The notes under the pieces: model-generated
Told to the model about the DNA's origin: nothing
Databases searched by the model: none
The model's input: only the letters and a program-made list of their open reading frames with translations
Translations under genes and position numbers: made by a program
Assembly (NCBI GenBank): GCA_963815455.1
Contig: CAWFGO010000001.1
Coordinates: forward strand, 256,001-320,000
Origin: an uncultured Verrucomicrobiae bacterium
GTDB taxonomy: Bacteria > Verrucomicrobiota > Verrucomicrobiia > Chthoniobacterales > UBA10450
Direction of reading: 5' to 3'
DNA length: 64,000 nucleotides
In this document: positions 53,309 through 63,416 of the stretch, in pieces
How positions within the stretch are numbered: the first letter of the stretch is position 1
Layout: each line of letters begins with the position of its first letter

Positions 53309-54117
53309 ATCTAACGATCGATAAATACATCTCGGTCTTCAACATCGGGCTTCAGAACACGTTCGTGTATCGCTGGAATTATTTCCTGCGCGCGCTCTTC
53401 GGTTTGATCCCGCTCGCCGGCACGGTCTTTCTCTGGAGCGCCGTGTTCAAGGAGCGCGGCGGTAGTCTGCACGGCTACGATTACGGCTCGATGATTTATT
53501 ACTATTTGCTCACCATCCTGGTCAGCAACCTGGTCACGCCGACCGAGGACGAATGGCAAATCGCCGCTGATATTCGCGAGGGCCAGATCAATTCGCTGCT
53601 GACCAAGCCGATGAGTTATCTCACTTATCGGTTCAGTATTTTTCTGAGCGGCCGGCTCGTTTACACCTTTGTCACCATCCCGCCGATCGCGCTGATCTTT
53701 CTTTATTTCCGGCATTACATCGAGCTGCCGCACGACGCGATGACCTACGTTTACGCGACGATATCGACGTTAATGGCGGCGGTGATCCAGTTTTTCATCA
53801 CTTATTCCCTGGCCATGATGGCGTTTTGGATCCTGGAAATCTCCACCATCGTTTTCATTGTTTACTCGTTCGAATATTTTCTCGGCGGCCAGATGTTTCC
53901 GATCGACATCATGCCGGCCGGTATCCAGGCCGTTATGAAATGGCTGCCGTTTTATTATGAGTTGTTCTGTCCGGTCGCGATTTTTCTCGGACGCCTTCAA
54001 GGCGTCGCACTGATGCAAGCGCTCGCCATCCAAAGCGGCTGGCTCCTTATCGCCTGGGCCTGGGCGCACTTCATGTGGAAACGCGGTCTTGGCCACTACC
54101 AGGCCGTCGGCGGATAG
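53305..54117 (+). CDS. ABC-2 family transporter permease
   Basis: Six TM helices, 'IREGQINSLLTKP', C-terminal 'YQAVGG'. TTG start overlaps the upstream stop. Confidence 0.85.
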   Translation: MNLTIDKYISVFNIGLQNTFVYRWNYFLRALFGLIPLAGTVFLWSAVFKERGGSLHGYDYGSMIYYYLLTILVSNLVTPTEDEWQIAADIREGQINSLLTKPMSYLTYRFSIFLSGRLVYTFVTIPPIALIFLYFRHYIELPHDAMTYVYATISTLMAAVIQFFITYSLAMMAFWILEISTIVFIVYSFEYFLGGQMFPIDIMPAGIQAVMKWLPFYYELFCPVAIFLGRLQGVALMQALAIQSGWLLIAWAWAHFMWKRGLGHYQAVGG

Positions 54118-54131
54118 GCTCAACGAATCGA

Positions 54132-55431
54132 TTATTTCACAGGCGAGCCCGCCAACGAGTGCAACCCAAGTATCGTCACCTTGTGGCGATAGGTATGTCC
54201 GTTACTGCTGTCGTCGTGAAGGACGGAGTGGAGTTTATAGCTCAATGTCCCGGTGGACGCATTGACTGGCTTATCATATTTCAAATTGTCTATCCAAACG
54301 CCAATTTCTCTCACGTGGTGATCATCACACGGATAGTCCAGATCCCAGCCTGTGAGCATTGGGATCGCATAGGCGTAGGGAATATTGTCGATGATAAATT
54401 CTTCAGTTTGTACACTCGGCACTCCGCCAAGGCAGGCCCCAAAAAATCCCGTGTCTTCGCCGGGCAAAATTGAAAATGGCGGCTGTATCACGCTCACATC
54501 AGGGCCACCCATGGCCGAAACCAACTCGCCGAACTCGTAATCTCTCCTTGCGTCATTGTCCTTGTAGATCGCGCACGTGTTCCAGCTCACAAAACCCGAA
54601 TCAACGTGCCCGGTGGGAGGCGGGCTCGGCAGTGGATCGAGCTTGCCGTCGGCCTTTTCGATAGGACTGGTGCTGCACGAATGTCTCGCTGTGCTCCAGA
54701 TTGTAAGCGATCTGAAGCAAGTGGTGATCACGGCCTCCCGTCCACGCAAATCCGAATCCACGCGGCAGGACAGCTACAGACTGGTTGGGGCCGAAATTGG
54801 CGTTTTGAAGAAAGGTGGGGAAACAGGAGAGAGCGGTTGTAGCGTTCTCGTTTGAGGCAGCAAAGAAATTGTCCGACGCGCTGGGCGCGCCGCTACCCTT
54901 GCAAAAGGAATCGGCATCGCCCTGATCCACAACGGCGTGGAGATTGGCGTCGTTCCAGGCAACCACGGTGAAGTGGTAGCGCCAGGCAATCGACTTATCG
55001 AAACCATCGTCCGCCAGGATGCCTGCCGCGTTCCAGGTCAGCTTTCCTTCCCGTCCGGTCCGTTCCAGTTTAATTTTCCCGATCAATGTCGCCACGGCTG
55101 CGACGTGATGGTCCGCGTTATAATTTAGTTTCCAGCCGTTAAGAAACACCGTCGCCTGATTGGCGTACTCGGGGATTGCCACGCTTTGCTCCACCTTAAT
55201 GAATGGCTTGTTGTGGATCTCGGCAGAGCCCGAACCCTCCATCACCTTAATCGTTCCCGGATCTTCAAAAACGGTTGTCGGCGGATCGCTAGAGACTGGC
55301 GTCAACGGCAAATCGTTGATGAGCTTACAAAGCTCCGGGTTCGGAGGATGGTACTTGCATCCAGCCGGAAGGATGAGCAGACCGACCGTCGCAATAACGC
55401 TAACAAGACCTAGCAGTCGCTTTATCTTCAT
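54132..55431 (-). CDS. Secreted lipoprotein with three DHH-containing repeats (frameshift near 54655)
   Basis: Lipobox 'LPAGC'. ORFs 54601..55431 and 54132..54761 join at ...SYR/KADGKLD.... Confidence 0.7.
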
Positions 55432-55520
55432 CGTATTGCCTCGTGTTCGTCGTTAAGGCCTACTTGATAAGTCCACTGCCCGACCCTAAGCAAGCCAATA
55501 ACTCGCCCCGGAGTTCTCGG

Positions 55521-56738
55521 TTATTCGTAGCGCAGGGCTTCGATCGGATCGAGCTGCGCGGCCTTGCGCGCGGGATAGAATCCGAAAAAGATTCCGACGG
55601 CGGCGCTGAAGAGAAACGCGACGACGATCGAGCTCGGAGAAATCAGCGAGGGCCAGTGCTTGAACGCGGAGATCGCTTTGGAACCGACGACGCCGACGAC
55701 GATGCCGATAATCCCGCCGACCGAACTCAGCGATACCGCTTCGATTAGGAACTGGGTGAGAATATCGCGGCCATGCGCGCCCACCGCCATTCGTGTGCCG
55801 ATCTCCCGGGTCCGCTCAGTGACGCTCACCAGCATGATGTTCATGATGCCAATACCACCGACCACAAGCGAGACGCAGGCGATGGCAAACAATAATCCCG
55901 TCATGACGTCAGCCGTGGCGGTGGCGGCTTCGGCAATTTCCTCCTGCGTGCGAACGGTAAAATCGTCATCGCGCCCGGGACGAATATTATGCCGCTGTCG
56001 AAGCAAGCTGATAATTTGGTGTTGCCCGGTGGCCAGATCCTGCGGGTTAGCCATTTGAACGTCGATGTTGCGCAGGGTCGTTCCGCCGGTCACGCGTTTC
56101 ATCGCGCTCGTGTACGGCATAATCACGATATCATCCTGATCCACGCCTTGCGTGCTTAATCCTTTTCGCGCCAATACTCCCGTCACCACAAACGGAACAT
56201 TTTTGATGCGCAACACCTGACCGATCGGGTCCTCGCCGCCGAACACTTGCGCAGCAGTCGTGGCCCCGATCACACAAGTCTTATTCGCGCTCCGCACATC
56301 CTGTGGCGTAAATAGCACCCCGTCCGCCAGCGCCCATTGCCGAATATCCAGATAATCGGCGGATTCGCCGTAAATCCGGGTAAACCAATTCTGATTTCCG
56401 GCTGCAACCTGTGATGTCGATACCACCTCCTCGCTCACGGCGATCACTCCGGGCACTTCCCGCCGGATTGCTTCCGCATCTTCAATTTTCAAGGTCCCTG
56501 CCCCGCCCCAGCCCGTTCGAATTCCGCTCGAGGTCGTGCTGCCGGAAAAAACCAGGATCACATTTTCGCCCAGACCGGCGATCTGCGCTTCGACTTGCGC
56601 TTTCGCGCCGTTCCCAATTCCCACCATGGCAATCACCGCGCCCACACCGATGATGATGCCGAGCGCGGTCAGCACGGAACGAAGCTTGTTCCGCCGCAAT
56701 GCGCGAAAGGCGATTTTGAAAGTGCGTCCAATCAGCAT
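55521..56738 (-). CDS. MacB-like ABC transporter permease
   Basis: 'RSVLTALGIIIGV', 'GGIGIMNIMLVSVTERTREIG' and 'LDPIEALRYE'. Confidence 0.93.
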   Translation of the reverse strand: MLIGRTFKIAFRALRRNKLRSVLTALGIIIGVGAVIAMVGIGNGAKAQVEAQIAGLGENVILVFSGSTTSSGIRTGWGGAGTLKIEDAEAIRREVPGVIAVSEEVVSTSQVAAGNQNWFTRIYGESADYLDIRQWALADGVLFTPQDVRSANKTCVIGATTAAQVFGGEDPIGQVLRIKNVPFVVTGVLARKGLSTQGVDQDDIVIMPYTSAMKRVTGGTTLRNIDVQMANPQDLATGQHQIISLLRQRHNIRPGRDDDFTVRTQEEIAEAATATADVMTGLLFAIACVSLVVGGIGIMNIMLVSVTERTREIGTRMAVGAHGRDILTQFLIEAVSLSSVGGIIGIVVGVVGSKAISAFKHWPSLISPSSIVVAFLFSAAVGIFFGFYPARKAAQLDPIEALRYE

Positions 56739-56752
56739 GGCAGGATCGACAA

Positions 56753-57532
56753 TTACATTGGTGAAGGCTCGTCGACGTTCATCAACTTTTGCGCCTCGAT
56801 CTGGGCGTCGAGCCGCTGCGAGACCGCGCGGTCGCTTTGTACCAGGCCATCGCGCATGACCACATCCCGCCGCGCATACAAAGCGATGTCGGGCTCGTGC
56901 GTTACCATGATGATGGTAATGCCGCGTTCGTTGAGCTGTTGAAACACTCCCATGATCTCAACGCTGGTGCGGCTGTCGAGGTTACCCGTTGGCTCATCGG
57001 CCAGAAGAATTTCCGGCTCGTTAATCAAGGCGCGCGCGATGGCGACACGTTGCTGCTGGCCGCCGGAAAGCTGACTCGGATGATGATCCTCGCGGCCTTG
57101 CAGCCCGACCGAGGCAAGCACCGCATCGGCTTTCTCCCGCAATTGCGCATTATTGAGTCGATGCCGGCCGTAAAGCAGCGGCAGCTCCACGTTTTCGCGA
57201 GCTGATGTTCGCGGCAGCAAATTGAACCCTTGAAACACAAAACCGATCTTACTGTTTCGAATATCGGCCAGTTGATCTCGATCCAGGTTTGAAACATCGG
57301 AACGATCCAGAAGGTAACGGCCGGCGGAAGGCCGATCGAGACAACCGAGAATGTTCATGAGCGTCGATTTGCCCGAGCCGCTGGCGCCCATGAGCGCGAC
57401 GAACTCGCCCCGCTTGATCTCGAGCGAGACGCCGCGGACCGCGCGCACTTCCATTTCGCCGGATCGATACGTCTTGCAAACGTTGTCTAACGAAACCAGC
57501 GCGCCATTTGCCGATGTCGATCCGCTGAACAT
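56753..57532 (-). CDS. MacB/LolD-like ABC ATPase
   Basis: Walker A 'GASGSGKST', signature 'LSGGQQQRV' and 'ADEPTGNLD'. Confidence 0.95.
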   Translation of the reverse strand: MFSGSTSANGALVSLDNVCKTYRSGEMEVRAVRGVSLEIKRGEFVALMGASGSGKSTLMNILGCLDRPSAGRYLLDRSDVSNLDRDQLADIRNSKIGFVFQGFNLLPRTSARENVELPLLYGRHRLNNAQLREKADAVLASVGLQGREDHHPSQLSGGQQQRVAIARALINEPEILLADEPTGNLDSRTSVEIMGVFQQLNERGITIIMVTHEPDIALYARRDVVMRDGLVQSDRAVSQRLDAQIEAQKLMNVDEPSPM

Positions 57533-57542
57533 GTCGATCTTG

Positions 57543-58742
57543 TTAGAAGCGCCGCTGCTGCCCGCTAAATGGATTCGCCGGTGGCGACTGCGATGTTGCT
57601 GCCGTGCTCAACGCCGCCGTCACGACGCGATCTCCTTCTTTCAATCCCTCTGTGACCTCAGTGGAAATGCCGTCGCTGATCCCGACTTTTATTTGCACCG
57701 CCCTGGGCTGGTTGGAACCGGCAGGCAAAACGTAGATGGTCCGCTCGTTCCGGGGACCTTCGCGTGAAGCCAGCCCGTGCGGACCTGGCTTGGATGACCT
57801 CGCCGGCGACGACTTGGGCGGAGGCGTGCTGTCCGCGGGCCGGAAACGAAATGCCGCGTTCTTCACCTGCAGGGCATCATCGCGTTGGGCCACGATAATC
57901 GACACATTGGCGGTCATTCCCGGTTTCAATTTAAAATCGGCATTGTTCACGCCGATCACCGTGTCGTAAGTCACAACGTTTTGCACCGTGATCGGCGCAT
58001 TGCGCACCTGCACAACTTTCCCGTGAAACGTGCGGAACGGAAACGCGTCCACCGTAAAATCGACGTCCTGATCGATCGTCACCACGCCGACGTCCGCCTC
58101 GGCCACGTTGGTGTCGATCTGCATCTTGGTCAGATCGTTGGCGATCGCAAAAATTACCGGCGCCTGCAAACTCGCGGCAACGGTTTGTCCAACATCGACA
58201 TTGCGCGAGATGACCTCGCCATCCACCGGCGAAGTGATCGTGCAATGGTCGAGATCCGCTTTGGCCCGGGCGAGCGCGCCCTGTTTAATTTTCACGTTTG
58301 CCTCCGCCTGATGAAGAGTTGCCATCGCCTGATCGACATCGGCCTGGGCCGAATTTTTCTTCGCGAACAATTCCTGGGTCCGCACGGCGTTTAACTTCGC
58401 CAGTTCCAGCGCGGCCTGGGCGTTGGCCAAGTCGCCCTCGGCCTGCGTCACCGCAGCTTGAAACAGGACCGGATCGATCTGCGCCACCACCTGACCCGCT
58501 TTTACCTTCGAATTAAAATCGGCGAACAGCTTTTGAATATTGCCCGACACCTGGCTGCCCACCTGCACGTTGACCACCGGATTCAATGTTCCCGTCGCGG
58601 TCACGGCCTGGGTCAGTGGCCCGCGCGTCACGACGGCGGTTTGATAATTTCCTCCGCTCCCACCCCGCCGGCATTGGCGCACGACGAACAGGAGCATCAA
58701 CATAGCAACCACGGCCACTACGATTGGAAAAAAACGCTTCAT
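57543..58742 (-). CDS. MacA-like periplasmic adaptor
   Basis: 'VQVGSQVSG', 'SPVDG' and '[11 protein letters not shown]'. Confidence 0.92.
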   Translation of the reverse strand: MKRFFPIVVAVVAMLMLLFVVRQCRRGGSGGNYQTAVVTRGPLTQAVTATGTLNPVVNVQVGSQVSGNIQKLFADFNSKVKAGQVVAQIDPVLFQAAVTQAEGDLANAQAALELAKLNAVRTQELFAKKNSAQADVDQAMATLHQAEANVKIKQGALARAKADLDHCTITSPVDGEVISRNVDVGQTVAASLQAPVIFAIANDLTKMQIDTNVAEADVGVVTIDQDVDFTVDAFPFRTFHGKVVQVRNAPITVQNVVTYDTVIGVNNADFKLKPGMTANVSIIVAQRDDALQVKNAAFRFRPADSTPPPKSSPARSSKPGPHGLASREGPRNERTIYVLPAGSNQPRAVQIKVGISDGISTEVTEGLKEGDRVVTAALSTAATSQSPPANPFSGQQRRF

Positions 58743-58788
58743 CGGGCAAAGAGTTGACTTCTCATACAACTAAAGACAGGAAAACCTG

Positions 58789-59583
58789 GTGCGGCGTTAC
58801 ATCGACATCTACTCCATCATGCTGCGCAACTCGCTCATTCGCGAGCTGAGTTTCAAGGCGAACTTTCTCCTCTGGATGCTTGTCGAGGTCCTGTGGTTCG
58901 TCGGCCAGATCGTTTTCTTCAGCATTATCTTCGGCAATGTCGATCGCATCGCGGATTGGACAAAATGGGAAGTGATCCTTCTCGTCGGCACCCACCAGAT
59001 GATCGCCCAACTTTTCCAGGCCTTCTTTTTTGTAAACGTGGCCAACATCCCGGAACTAGTGCGCACCGGAAAGCTCGACTCCCTGCTCGTTCTGCCGATC
59101 GACAGCCAGTTCGCTGTTTCCACTAAACAATTCAGCCTCGACAGCGTGGTCAACGCCGGCCTCGGCGGCGTGGTGGTTTGCGTATCGCTGTCGCGCCTCG
59201 GCGTCGTGCCCAATCCGATGTCGATCCTCCTTTACCTGACCGCGCTCGGTTTTGGCGTCGCGGTGCATTACTCGATCATGCTCAGCCTGGCCGCGGTGAG
59301 TTTTTGGATCGTGCGCGCCCAAGGGCTGGTTTACGGCTACTTCAATTTTCTCAATATCGCGCGTTATCCCGACGTGATTTATCCGCGACTTTTCAAGTTC
59401 ATTTTCAGCTGGCTCATCCCGGTCGTAATTATCGCTAATATTCCCGCGCGCCTCCTCATCAAACCGCTCAGCCAGCCGGCCTGGCTCATGTTTCATCTCA
59501 TCGCCGCCTCATCTCTCTTCTTCTGGTTTTCCCGGTTGTTCTGGCGCTTCGCTCTGCGCCACTATTCCAGCGCCAGTTCGTGA
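58789..59583 (+). CDS. ABC-2 family transporter permease (second subunit)
   Basis: 'VRTGKLDSLLVLP', 'ARYP..IY' and C-terminal 'YSSASS'. Confidence 0.85.
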   Translation: MRRYIDIYSIMLRNSLIRELSFKANFLLWMLVEVLWFVGQIVFFSIIFGNVDRIADWTKWEVILLVGTHQMIAQLFQAFFFVNVANIPELVRTGKLDSLLVLPIDSQFAVSTKQFSLDSVVNAGLGGVVVCVSLSRLGVVPNPMSILLYLTALGFGVAVHYSIMLSLAAVSFWIVRAQGLVYGYFNFLNIARYPDVIYPRLFKFIFSWLIPVVIIANIPARLLIKPLSQPAWLMFHLIAASSLFFWFSRLFWRFALRHYSSASS

Positions 59584-59792
59584 TTCTTCTCGAGCAGGCT
59601 GTAGAGTGCGCTGTCCTCAGCAGATCTCCCTATTTTCATTCGTGTTCGTTGGTGTTCATTCGTGGTTAAAAAATGGCCTAAAACAGAAGCGATTTTTTTG
59701 GCCGAATCCGCTTGCGCCCCAGGGGAATTGTTCTTAATTAAGCCTCCCCTTCGGGCAAAGACCCAAAAACAAGCCCAAACAAGCCCTTAACT

Positions 59793-60494
59793 ATGGCTAA
59801 GCCAAAGAAAAAAACAGGTTCGACGAAGAAGTCTGCTGCAGGCAAAGCGCCCAAGCCGGCACGGAAGGCGTCTGCCAAAAAACCGACCCCGAAAAAGGCG
59901 GGCCGCGTCTCGACGAAACCCGCAAAACATTCGCCCAAGATTTCCAAGGGTAAGAAAATTGTCATGGACTCGCCTGCGCAAATGGTCGGCCAAAACCATA
60001 GCAACAAAAAACCGAGAAAACTCGATCCGTTCACGCGCAAACAGAAGGACAACCTTCTCCACCTCCGCGATGCCATGGTCGATTCCATGACTGGCGTTGC
60101 CCAGGACACGCTGCGCTCGCGCGCGGAAGGGAGCGAGGCTTCGGCTTTCGGCATGCATCAAGCCGATGCCGGGTCGGACGCATACGATCGCGATTTCGCG
60201 CTAAGTTTGCTGTCGCAGGAACAGGACGCGCTTTACGAGATCGATCAGGCGCTGAAACGCATCGAGCTCGGGACCTACGGAATTTGCGAAATGTCGGGCA
60301 AATCAATTCCTCGCGCCCGGCTGGAGGCCATCCCGTTCGCGCGTTTCACGGTGGAATGCCAGTCGCAGCTCGAGAAACAAAATAGAGCCTCTCGGGTCCG
60401 GCAATCGGTCACCTCGCTCTTTGGGCTCACTGACGAGGATGGGGCCGAAGGCGAAGAGGAAGAAGCCGCGACGCCAGCCGAGACCAAGGAGTAA
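59793..60494 (+). CDS. TraR/DksA-family protein with lysine-rich N-terminus
   Basis: 'HQADAGSD', '[18 protein letters not shown]' and '[10 protein letters not shown]'. Confidence 0.85.
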   Translation: MAKPKKKTGSTKKSAAGKAPKPARKASAKKPTPKKAGRVSTKPAKHSPKISKGKKIVMDSPAQMVGQNHSNKKPRKLDPFTRKQKDNLLHLRDAMVDSMTGVAQDTLRSRAEGSEASAFGMHQADAGSDAYDRDFALSLLSQEQDALYEIDQALKRIELGTYGICEMSGKSIPRARLEAIPFARFTVECQSQLEKQNRASRVRQSVTSLFGLTDEDGAEGEEEEAATPAETKE

Positions 60495-60496
60495 GA

Positions 60497-60670
60497 ATGG
60501 CCCAGGAAATCATCACTCTCGAATGCACCGAGGCGAAAGCGCTCGGTCAACCCGTCTCGCGTTACATGAGCAAGCGGAACAAGAAAAGTCCGCGCACCCC
60601 GAACCGGCTGGAAAAAAAGAAATACAACCCGTTCTTGCGGAAGCACACCTTGCATCGCGAAACCAAATAA
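60497..60670 (+). CDS. rpmG: 50S ribosomal protein L33 (below the ORF-track cutoff)
   Basis: Own translation: [57 protein letters not shown]. Confidence 0.93.
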   Translation: MAQEIITLECTEAKALGQPVSRYMSKRNKKSPRTPNRLEKKKYNPFLRKHTLHRETK

Positions 60671-60676
60671 CACCCC

Positions 60677-60916
60677 ATGGAACCCAAAACCGCCAAACGC
60701 CGTTCCGCTTTTCGTCGCGCCAATCGCACCATGCCGCGGCGCAGGATCGACATCGCCATCGAAGCGATCGATTACAAGAATCCCGATCTCCTCCGAAAGT
60801 TCGTCACCGAAAGCGGCAAAATTCTCCCCCGCCGCGTCACCGGAATGCCGGCGCATCTGCACCGACGGATCACCCGCGAAATCAAGCGCAGCCGCTCAGC
60901 GCTCTTGATGAAATAG
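60677..60916 (+). CDS. rpsR: 30S ribosomal protein S18
   Basis: '[26 protein letters not shown]...IKRSR'. Confidence 0.95.
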   Translation: MEPKTAKRRSAFRRANRTMPRRRIDIAIEAIDYKNPDLLRKFVTESGKILPRRVTGMPAHLHRRITREIKRSRSALLMK

Positions 60917-60967
60917 TGGCATCGGCATCCTGCCGATGACCTCATGCGCTGGAAGCGCATGCCACTA
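60914..60967. repeat. Palindromic element or bidirectional terminator between convergent genes
   Basis: TAGTGGCAT...ATGCCACTA inverted ends with two internal hairpins. Confidence 0.7.
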
Positions 60968-61333
60968 CACCTTCCGCGTCTTCTCCGCTTCCTCGATCAA
61001 TTTCCAAAACTCGCGGGTCTGGCCAAGTTGGGCGTCTTCGGAGAGCGGCAGTTTGCTGCGGAAAAGAAAATCGCGAAACGTGTTCTTGTGCAAAACACGG
61101 TGAACCTTGATCCCCTCCTCCGTCTTGGCGAAATAAATTCGATAATCCTTCGCTCGATAACGATATAGCTTCTTTCCCTTGCGTTCGATCACACCGAACC
61201 GCTTGGAATCGAGCCGGTCCAAGTCTTCCGGCAGGATCTGAAACTCGGCCAGCAGCTCAAGCTGCAACGATTTCGGCAGGGCCGAGAGTTCGGCCGCGCT
61301 TAACTCGTTGAAAATGATCTGGAACATGAACAA
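60965..61333 (-). CDS. RelE/ParE-like fold protein
   Basis: 'LYRYRAKDYRIYF...VHRVLH'. No adjacent antitoxin seen. Confidence 0.6.
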   Translation of the reverse strand: MFMFQIIFNELSAAELSALPKSLQLELLAEFQILPEDLDRLDSKRFGVIERKGKKLYRYRAKDYRIYFAKTEEGIKVHRVLHKNTFRDFLFRSKLPLSEDAQLGQTREFWKLIEEAEKTRKV

Positions 61334-62422
61334 TCAAAGATAGACACGCTGAACCCGCGCGCCAATGCGCGTGATGATTTCCCACGTAATGGTCTGGGCT
61401 TTCTCAGCCAGCTCGTGAGCAGAAATTTCCTCGTTCCCCTGCCGTCCCATCAGGACGGCTTCGTCGCCAACATCGACATCGGCGACATGCGAAACGTCGA
61501 TCATGATCAAGTCCATTGTCACTCGGCCCAGCAGCGCGCAGCGCTGGCCGCGAACCAGCACAGCGGCATCGACATTCGAAAGATGGCGTGGATAGCCATC
61601 GGCGTAACCGCACGTCAGCGTTGCAATACGCATCTTCTTCGGCGTAACAAACGTGCGGCCGTAGCTGATCGAGCTTCCCTTTGGCATTTCGCGAATCAGA
61701 CCAATTCGCGTTTTCCAGGTCATGACCGGGTGCACAAGTTTTTGAAATTCCGGCAATGGCGAGATCCCGTAAAGCATGATACCGGCGCGCACGATCTCGA
61801 ACGTCGGCTCGTTGAACGCCAGTGTCCCGGCGCTTTGCAATACGTGCGTCTTGTAACTGCCCGGAACTTTCTCGCGAATTTGCTCAACGATTTTTCGAAA
61901 TCGAATTAATTGCTCGCGCGTGTATTGCGCATCCACATCCGAAACCGGCATGTGGGTCGAGATGCTGTGGATGTCGATGTTTGGCAATTTGGAAACACGC
62001 TTGAAAATCTCCAACGCCTCGCCTTCCACCGCGCCCATCCGTCCCATTCCGGTATCGATCTTGAAATTGATCGAGACTTTGCCGAGCTGGTCAAAAGCTT
62101 CGGCTTCGGCGAAATCGGAGATCGTCGGGATGAATCCTCGCTCGGCGATTGTCGATCTTTCCCCCGGGACGGCGGGACCGAGAATGATGATCGGATGCGC
62201 GAGCGACTCGCGCAGCGCGATTGCTTCCTCGAGATTGGCCACGCCGAACAGTTGCGCGTCGTCCGCCAGCGCTGTCGCTACACCGACCAGGCCGTGCCCG
62301 TAAGCATTGGCCTTGACGATGACCAGCATCTCGGCTGATCCGATCTTTTCGCGAACCACGCGTGCGTTATGGCGCAGCGCGCTTCGATCAATCTCGGCCC
62401 AACAGCGATAAGTCTCTTTCAT
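61334..62422 (-). CDS. alr: Alanine racemase
   Basis: PLP lysine in 'VKANAYGHG', plus 'KIDTGMGR', 'GYADG' and 'GRVTMD'. Confidence 0.95.
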   Translation of the reverse strand: MKETYRCWAEIDRSALRHNARVVREKIGSAEMLVIVKANAYGHGLVGVATALADDAQLFGVANLEEAIALRESLAHPIIILGPAVPGERSTIAERGFIPTISDFAEAEAFDQLGKVSINFKIDTGMGRMGAVEGEALEIFKRVSKLPNIDIHSISTHMPVSDVDAQYTREQLIRFRKIVEQIREKVPGSYKTHVLQSAGTLAFNEPTFEIVRAGIMLYGISPLPEFQKLVHPVMTWKTRIGLIREMPKGSSISYGRTFVTPKKMRIATLTCGYADGYPRHLSNVDAAVLVRGQRCALLGRVTMDLIMIDVSHVADVDVGDEAVLMGRQGNEEISAHELAEKAQTITWEIITRIGARVQRVYL

Positions 62423-63006
62423 TTCGTGATGTGCGGTTCGCGCATATAAATCGGTTCGAGCGGTGGCAAAGAAAAGCCGCGGTGCGGGTCTTGCGCAAGT
62501 CGAGCCAGCAACAGCGCAGAGGGATAGCGCATTACGGCGCGCTCAAATTGCGGGAGCGGCTCCGACGTGAAGATCGACATGTTCCGGTCAACGCCATCGA
62601 GTCTATCTTTCAGTTCCTGTTCGCCAAGCAGCGTCGGACCATCGACAAGCCCATTCTCGCGAACATGGGCAAAGAAAAAAGATTTCCGACGCGCATCGCC
62701 GATCACGCAGTATTCAGCACCTTCCATGGCACAGATCGATGGATAACCGATCAACCGCGCGCCCGATGCGGCCTGCAACCCAATCGCGGTCGAAATCGCG
62801 ATCCGCGTTCCAGCGTAGGATCCCGGACCGAGCCCCACAATAATTGTATCGGGCGTACCGAACTTCTTTACAACGATGTCGATGTTCTCGAAGAAGGCGG
62901 CCGAATTCTTGCGATCGTTTGGCCATTCTCGAAAAAATTCAGTGTCATCATCCAAACGCGCCACACTGCCGCGCGCGGTAGAAAGTTCGAGCGCCAGAAT
63001 TTTCAT
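62419..63006 (-). CDS. tsaB: tRNA threonylcarbamoyladenosine biosynthesis protein TsaB
   Basis: 'MKILALELST', 'GPGSYAGTRI', 'DARR' and 'EPIY.R'. Confidence 0.9.
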   Translation of the reverse strand: MKILALELSTARGSVARLDDDTEFFREWPNDRKNSAAFFENIDIVVKKFGTPDTIIVGLGPGSYAGTRIAISTAIGLQAASGARLIGYPSICAMEGAEYCVIGDARRKSFFFAHVRENGLVDGPTLLGEQELKDRLDGVDRNMSIFTSEPLPQFERAVMRYPSALLLARLAQDPHRGFSLPPLEPIYMREPHITK

Positions 63007-63416
63007 CTCGGTGTAATGGCGCGAGTGTTTCCCGATTTGATTTCGAAGTCGATCCAGCGTGCCTGTTCCGGAATCAGTTCGGGGAAACGGTCGGCCCATT
63101 CGATTACCGAAACGCCGTCACCAAAAAAATATTCGTCCAGGCCGAGCCGGTCTGCGTCTTGTCGATCTCGCAGCCGGAAAAAATCGAAATGATAAACCGG
63201 CAATCGGCCCTGTGAATATTCATGGATGATGGTGAAGGTGGGGCTGGTCACAACCGCTGCGCCCTTAAGCGCAGCGACCAGGCCTTTCACAAATTCCGTC
63301 TTGCCGGCGCCGAGATCGCCTTTGAGCGCAAGCACGGCGCCCGGCTTGATTTCTTTGGCAAAGCTCCGGGCGAAGTCTTGCGTCTCAGCTGGACTATTGG
63401 AAATGAACGTAGCCAC
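63003..63416 (-). CDS. tsaE: tRNA threonylcarbamoyladenosine biosynthesis ATPase TsaE
   Basis: 'GDLGAGKT', 'SPTF', 'HFDFFR' and 'IEW'. Confidence 0.93.
   Translation of the reverse strand: MATFISNSPAETQDFARSFAKEIKPGAVLALKGDLGAGKTEFVKGLVAALKGAAVVTSPTFTIIHEYSQGRLPVYHFDFFRLRDRQDADRLGLDEYFFGDGVSVIEWADRFPELIPEQARWIDFEIKSGNTRAITPR

Noticed and set aside
60965..61333. Toxin-antitoxin module
   Set aside because: There is only a RelE-like fold hint, no antitoxin ORF, and the gene is tightly coupled to the housekeeping thiL-tsaE-tsaB-alr operon.
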